Source: Minisyncoccia bacterium
Lineage (GTDB): Bacteria; Patescibacteriota; Minisyncoccia; Phycocordibacterales; UBA5272
DNA length: 64,000 nucleotides
Reading direction: 5' to 3'
Assembly (NCBI GenBank): GCA_038326985.1
Contig: JBBQKQ010000002.1
Span: 2,978 to 66,977 of the forward strand
Part shown: piece after piece, positions 59,123 to 64,000 of the stretch
How the letters are laid out: every line of letters begins with the position of its first letter
Numbering within the stretch: position 1 is the first letter of the stretch
Notes under the pieces: model-generated
What the model was told of the DNA's origin: nothing
The model's input: only the letters and a program-made list of their open reading frames with translations
The model's database searches: none
Position numbers and translations under genes: made by a program

Positions 59123-60757
59123 GTGAAAGACAACCGTAATTTAGAACTGATTAAAGAAAGATTAAATATTTTAGACGTTGTTTCGACCTACATAAAGTTG
59201 GAAAAAGCAGGCTCTCAGTTCCGAGCCCGCTGTCCATTTCATAATGAAAAAAGCCCTAGTTTTTATATTTCTCCAGCTCGCGGAACTTACCATTGTTTTG
59301 GCTGTAGTGAGCATGGAGATATCTTTGGTTTTACAATGAAAATTGAAGGCTTACAGTTTAAAGATGCTCTTAAAATGTTGGCTGATAAAGCTGGAGTATC
59401 ACTTTCAAATTTTAGAAAAGAAGAAGTGGGAAATGTTTTGGATATTTTAGAAAATACAACAATATTTTTTGAAGAGAATTTAAAAAATAATATTGATGCG
59501 CAAAATTATTTAAAGAGTAGGGGATTAAGCACTGAAATAATAAAAAGGTTTAGAGTTGGATTTGCACAAAACGACTGGCGAACACTTTATACTTATCTGC
59601 AAAAATTAAACTATTCTGATGAAGAGATATTAAGTAGTGGTGTTTGCATACGTCATGAAAAAGACAATAAAGTTTCGTTATATGATAGATTTCGAAGTAG
59701 AGTAATGTTTCCAATCATGAATGCCTCGGGTAAAGTTGTGGCTTTTACAGGAAGAATTATTGGAATGGACGAAGGTAGGGACGAGGTTGCAAAATATGTT
59801 AATAGCCCTGAAACTGAAACTTATCACAAGTCTAGTATTTTATTTGGCTATGACAAAGCCAAAATGGAAATTGGGAAAACAAAAAAAGTAATTGTGGTAG
59901 AAGGGCAAATGGACGTTGTTATGACTCATATGGCTGGAACACAAAACGTTGTAGCCATTTCAGGTACCGCCTTTACACCCGAGCACATTTCTATTTTAAA
60001 AAGATTCGCAGAAGTTGTTGTCTTGGCACTTGACTCGGACAAAGCAGGGTACAATGCTATGTTAAAGTCTGCAAGTTTGGCATTACAAAGTGACCTAGAA
60101 GTTGAAGGTATAAAAATGACCAATAAAGACCCCGCAGATATGGTAAAAACAGATCCTAAAATGTGGGATGAGGCAGTAAAAAATAGTAAGCCAATTTTGA
60201 CTCTCATTGCAGAAATAATTAAAGAAAAAGAAAGTGTGAGACCAAAACAAATTCAACTCATGAGAAAAGATTTGTTTCCACTACTTCGAGTAGTAAAAAG
60301 CCCACTTTTAAAACAAGCATATTTACAAGAAATAGCAGAAATATTAAATGTTGCCCCCAACATTATTCAAGAAGAAGTAGACTTAATAAAAAGTGAGTTA
60401 GAAGGACAAATTAAAAAAGAAAAAAAAATAGTACCCAAAATAGATATTTTAACAATAGTTGCAAAGGGTAAAGCTGCAAGTGAAATACTAAAAATAAAGC
60501 TTGAGTTGGATATGGAAGAAATACCAGATGATATTTTAAACAAAGAACATATTTTGTTAGAAAAAAGTTTATCTGAAGTTAAAGCGGGAGATGAAAAAGA
60601 AAAAGAAAGAATTTTACGCGAGGCAATATATTTAGCTAAAAAAGTAATTTATGAAAATGCTATTATGATAGCTAAAAATAAAATTGGCGAAGGGGTAGAC
60701 ATGGAAGAAAATTTAAAAATCATACAAGAATTTTCTAAAAAACTAAAAAACATATGA
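59123..60757 (+). CDS. dnaG: DNA primase
   Basis: CPFHNEKSPSF, CFGC, DRFRSRVMFPI, KYVNSPET, VEGQMDV, DSDKAG. Confidence 0.95.
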   Translation: MKDNRNLELIKERLNILDVVSTYIKLEKAGSQFRARCPFHNEKSPSFYISPARGTYHCFGCSEHGDIFGFTMKIEGLQFKDALKMLADKAGVSLSNFRKEEVGNVLDILENTTIFFEENLKNNIDAQNYLKSRGLSTEIIKRFRVGFAQNDWRTLYTYLQKLNYSDEEILSSGVCIRHEKDNKVSLYDRFRSRVMFPIMNASGKVVAFTGRIIGMDEGRDEVAKYVNSPETETYHKSSILFGYDKAKMEIGKTKKVIVVEGQMDVVMTHMAGTQNVVAISGTAFTPEHISILKRFAEVVVLALDSDKAGYNAMLKSASLALQSDLEVEGIKMTNKDPADMVKTDPKMWDEAVKNSKPILTLIAEIIKEKESVRPKQIQLMRKDLFPLLRVVKSPLLKQAYLQEIAEILNVAPNIIQEEVDLIKSELEGQIKKEKKIVPKIDILTIVAKGKAASEILKIKLELDMEEIPDDILNKEHILLEKSLSEVKAGDEKEKERILREAIYLAKKVIYENAIMIAKNKIGEGVDMEENLKIIQEFSKKLKNI

Positions 60758-61521
60758 TTTACATTTTATATTTCTTAATATTTATTTCTGGGTCATGTAT
60801 TGCAAGCTATATTTGTGCTTATTTGTATAGAAATAAAAATAAGAAAAATTTGCCCAAGCGAAGTATATGCGAGAAATGCAAAAGGGAGCTTTGTTGGTAT
60901 GAAAACATTCCTGTTTTTTCTTATATTTTTTTATGGGGAAAGTGTAAAATGTGTAAAAACAAAATAGATTTGAAATATTTTATTTCTGAAATAGTTCTTG
61001 GATTATGGTTCATTTTTTCATTTATATATTATTTAGGGATTCAAGAAGGTAAAATATATTTTGTTCTAAGTTGTATATTGGGAAGTTTATTATTATATAT
61101 CTCGCTAGAAGATTATGAATCCCAAGAAATATCTTCATATATTTTATATACAATAATTTTTATTGCTCTTTTAAAAAATGTTTTATTTTTAGATGTAAAA
61201 AGTTTATTTTGGGCACTATTCATTTCTTTACCATACTGGTTAATATATTTTATAAGTCGAGGGAAGTGGATTGGTATTGCTGACCCATTTTTGTTTACGT
61301 CATTAAATATTTTCTTTGGTCCACAGTTTGCAATATCCCTGTTTCTATATTCTGCATGGTTCGGAGTAGTATTTGCGTATATCTATTTAAAAAATAATAA
61401 AAACAATTATATTCCCTATGTTCCAATTATTTTCTTTTCCACATTAGTAATTTTAATTTTTCAATATCATATTATAACAATACAGGATATACTAGTAATA
61501 AATGAAATTATTGGAAAATAA
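60754..61521 (+). CDS. pilD: Prepilin peptidase
   Basis: RSICEKC..L.WYENIPVFSY...GKCKMC, EDY, WIGIAD, IPYVP. Confidence 0.88.
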   Translation: MIYILYFLIFISGSCIASYICAYLYRNKNKKNLPKRSICEKCKRELCWYENIPVFSYIFLWGKCKMCKNKIDLKYFISEIVLGLWFIFSFIYYLGIQEGKIYFVLSCILGSLLLYISLEDYESQEISSYILYTIIFIALLKNVLFLDVKSLFWALFISLPYWLIYFISRGKWIGIADPFLFTSLNIFFGPQFAISLFLYSAWFGVVFAYIYLKNNKNNYIPYVPIIFFSTLVILIFQYHIITIQDILVINEIIGK

Positions 61522-62116
61522 ATTTAAAGGTTTTACACTCGTAGAACTGTTGGTTTCTATAACTATTATTGGAATTATTTCTGTAATGTCTATTTCCTCA
61601 TATCCAAAATTTTCCGAACAACTTTCTGTAACTTCAGAAACTTATAAAATATTATCTTTTGGTTTGGAAACCAAAAGTTATGGCTCAGGATCTATTACAG
61701 AGCCAGGTGTAAAAGTGGTTTATGCACTCATAATAGAAAAAAACAACAATACAATTAAAAGAGTGGTAATAAAAAATCCCACCCAAAATGATAACCAATA
61801 TTTCGTAAATACTTTTCCCGCCGCATCAACCGATCCTTTGGATAATTTGATAATTAAAGATAATTTCGAAATTTCAGATATTTGTTACTTTGGAATTGAT
61901 AAGACAAATTGCGATCAACACTTAAACAAAGTTTATGGAATATTTAAAAGGCCAAATCCAGATGCGAGACTTATTGGACTACAAGGAACTAATATTGGTC
62001 CAGACACTGACACGGGAAGCTATGATAGGTTGGAAGTGACTCTTAAAAGCAAAAATAATAGTAATTTGCAAAAAAAGCTTGTTATACTTTCTACAGGTCA
62101 AATTTATGTCAAATAA
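61502..62116 (+). CDS. Type IV pilin-like protein
   Basis: KGFTLVELLVSITII class III signal. Confidence 0.85.
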   Translation: MKLLENKFKGFTLVELLVSITIIGIISVMSISSYPKFSEQLSVTSETYKILSFGLETKSYGSGSITEPGVKVVYALIIEKNNNTIKRVVIKNPTQNDNQYFVNTFPAASTDPLDNLIIKDNFEISDICYFGIDKTNCDQHLNKVYGIFKRPNPDARLIGLQGTNIGPDTDTGSYDRLEVTLKSKNNSNLQKKLVILSTGQIYVK

Positions 62117-62852
62117 AAAGTTTAAAGCGTTTTCCCTTATTGAAATAATAGTATCACTGGCGATATTTTCGGTTATCATTACTGTGGTAATTGGAATATC
62201 TGTAAAAATGATTGATGCTCAAAACAAACTTCAAGCAAAAGTTTTTCTAGTACAAACTGCACAAATTACTTTAGAGCTAATGAGTGGTCAAATGAGGTTT
62301 GGATATAACTATACAGGTACTGAGCCCACAAAAACAAATGCGAACGGAACTATATATTTGAGCTCAAATAAAATTGAAGGAAAAAATTGTTGGGATGACA
62401 AGGGAACTTCAGATCCTGTTGATGACACCTATCAGGACCCCAATGCAAGCGGTGTTTGTTCATTTGGAGTATTAATAACAAAAACTATTTACTCTCAAAA
62501 TTTAAGTGACATTGCAAACTCACCCATAATAGTATTTGAATCTCACGAGGGTAATCCAAATGATTTGTCAGATCAAAAAGTTTTTTGTGCCTACAATAAT
62601 AAATTATATTATTTGAAAAAATTTCTGCCCGACACCTCAACACCTGGTGCTTTTACATCAAGGTGTGATGAGGGACAAAGTATTTTACCTGATGAAGTGA
62701 AATTGGAATATATTTCATTTGACGTTTATGGTGATAGCTCAACAAATCCGAAGAATCCTATGGTAAGGATTAAATTTAAATTATCAAATGGAGATGGTGC
62801 CACCATGGAATTACAAACTACTATTACTCAAAGGCTCGTAAGCTATTTTTAA
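62106..62852 (+). CDS. Type IV minor pilin (PilW-like)
   Basis: KAFSLIEIIVSLAIF; C-terminal LQTTITQR. Confidence 0.85.
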   Translation: MSNKKFKAFSLIEIIVSLAIFSVIITVVIGISVKMIDAQNKLQAKVFLVQTAQITLELMSGQMRFGYNYTGTEPTKTNANGTIYLSSNKIEGKNCWDDKGTSDPVDDTYQDPNASGVCSFGVLITKTIYSQNLSDIANSPIIVFESHEGNPNDLSDQKVFCAYNNKLYYLKKFLPDTSTPGAFTSRCDEGQSILPDEVKLEYISFDVYGDSSTNPKNPMVRIKFKLSNGDGATMELQTTITQRLVSYF

Positions 62853-62857
62853 AGAAT

Positions 62858-63391
62858 ATGAAAAAAATCACAAAAAAAATAATAAAAAATATAAAGGCAT
62901 TTACTATTTTAGAAACTCTGATAACTATTCTTGCAATTTCATTAATGATTGTAGGACCGGTTGCTTTTGTTGCTAAAAGTTTTCATTATTCAGATTTTAT
63001 AAATCATAAAATAATTGCTACTGGACTATCTCAGGAAGCTTTGGAACTGGCAACCAGTCTTCGAAATTTGGATTTAGATGAATTCCAAAAAATGGCTTCA
63101 AAATGTTCAAAATCATGTTTGATAGATTGGGGTGGCAATGGAAGTACTCCTACTTATTCAAAATGTGAATCAGATTCGGAGTGTCAGTTATTTTTACTTC
63201 CTAACTCTGACGGTAGTAGAAGTTATAGACATATATATTCAAGTGAAGCTAGTGATTTTTATAGATATATTGAAATTACTAAAAATGGTTCACAATCCTA
63301 TACAGTAGAAGCAAACACATACTCATATAACAATGGCATAAAATTAGAAGTAAAATTAAAAAAAATAATTTTTGCAATAGTAGTAAAATAA
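62858..63391 (+). CDS. Type IV minor pilin (PilV-like)
   Basis: KAFTILETLITIL, A..LSQEALE...LRN, FYRYIEI. Confidence 0.82.
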   Translation: MKKITKKIIKNIKAFTILETLITILAISLMIVGPVAFVAKSFHYSDFINHKIIATGLSQEALELATSLRNLDLDEFQKMASKCSKSCLIDWGGNGSTPTYSKCESDSECQLFLLPNSDGSRSYRHIYSSEASDFYRYIEITKNGSQSYTVEANTYSYNNGIKLEVKLKKIIFAIVVK

Positions 63392-63395
63392 ATTT

Positions 63396-63896
63396 ATGTT
63401 AAAAAAACAAAACAAAAACAAAAAAGCTTTCATATCAATATTTGCTATTTTCTTTTCAGCTATTGTGGTTTCGGTTTTAACTGCCTTATTTGTTTTATTT
63501 ATTAAACAAATACAAATTTTAAATACAGACTATGCGTCTTTCCAAGCTTTTTATACTTCCGACTCTGCATTTGAGTGTGGATTGTATAAAGAATCACAAA
63601 TATCTGCACCTGAAGACTCCGTTTTTTTACCAGCTAATAAAGACAATTTGGGATATTGTGCAGATGCTGGCGACTTAGTTTGGCAAACTGCACCTTCTTC
63701 ATCAGGGGGACCTACAAACTCTACTGCTAATTTTTCCCTTACTACTGACCAAGGAAATTTTTGCGGACAAATGTTCGTGACTAAACAACAGCCTAATACC
63801 GAAGTAAATCATACAATGAAACTTTACGGTCAAAGTAGAAACTGTTCCGATACTGGTTCAAAAGTTATCGAAAGAGAGATAGATTTTATTTATTAA
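63396..63896 (+). CDS. PilX-like minor pilin
   Basis: KAFISIFAIFF (no E5), AFY.SDSAFECGLY, G.S...ER.I. Confidence 0.72.
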   Translation: MLKKQNKNKKAFISIFAIFFSAIVVSVLTALFVLFIKQIQILNTDYASFQAFYTSDSAFECGLYKESQISAPEDSVFLPANKDNLGYCADAGDLVWQTAPSSSGGPTNSTANFSLTTDQGNFCGQMFVTKQQPNTEVNHTMKLYGQSRNCSDTGSKVIEREIDFIY

Positions 63897-63927
63897 AAGA
63901 AGTATTTTTTTGTAGTATAATAGGAGA

Positions 63928-64000
63928 ATGAAGGATGTTAAAAGTAAAATTATAAAGCTTAGAGAAGAAATAGAATCCCACCGATATGCATATTATGTTA
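63928..64000 (+). CDS. ligA: NAD-dependent DNA ligase, 5' fragment
   Basis: MKDVKSKIIKLREEIESHRYAYYV, typical LigA N-terminus. Confidence 0.7.
   Translation, partial: MKDVKSKIIKLREEIESHRYAYYV

Noticed and set aside
2787-60207. Many short antisense or nested ORFs in the track
   Set aside because: They lie within well-supported genes on another frame or strand and lack motifs; they are shadow ORFs.

Overview
AT-rich, gene-dense bacterial chromosome segment, genetic code 11. Gene content (short PheS/PheT/UvrC, compact mur/mraZ cluster, L9 present, pilD plus minor pilins, sigma-like HTH protein, leaderless-type promoters) points to Patescibacteria/CPR, probably Parcubacteria (inference). Mostly housekeeping genes: ABC transporter, ctpA, rplI, pheST, murF-ddl-murC-murD, mraZ-rsmH-PBP, def, clpB, uvrC, nrdAB, ychF, leuS, mnmA, rpoBC, dnaG, pilD/pilins, ligA start. 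Also three tRNAs and a small decayed island at tRNA-Leu(TAG). Most striking unexplained signal: a family of ~31-bp GC-rich elements built as [C-rich arm]-TAA/TAG-[mirror C-rich arm]-loop-[complementary G-rich arm], a potential intrastrand-triplex motif. There are 9 clear and 2 degenerate copies. Six clear copies sit in frame inside protein genes (uvrC, leuS twice, mnmA, alkA-like, thermonuclease) and add Pro-rich peptides. Also notable: a 6S-like RNA followed by two small transcription units with near-identical promoters and terminators between clpB and uvrC, a GC-rich structured RNA candidate before rpoB, a 20-bp inverted repeat in the mraZ leader, and a class Ic-type (Tyr to Phe) RNR R2. All calls come from reading the sequence; no database search was run.
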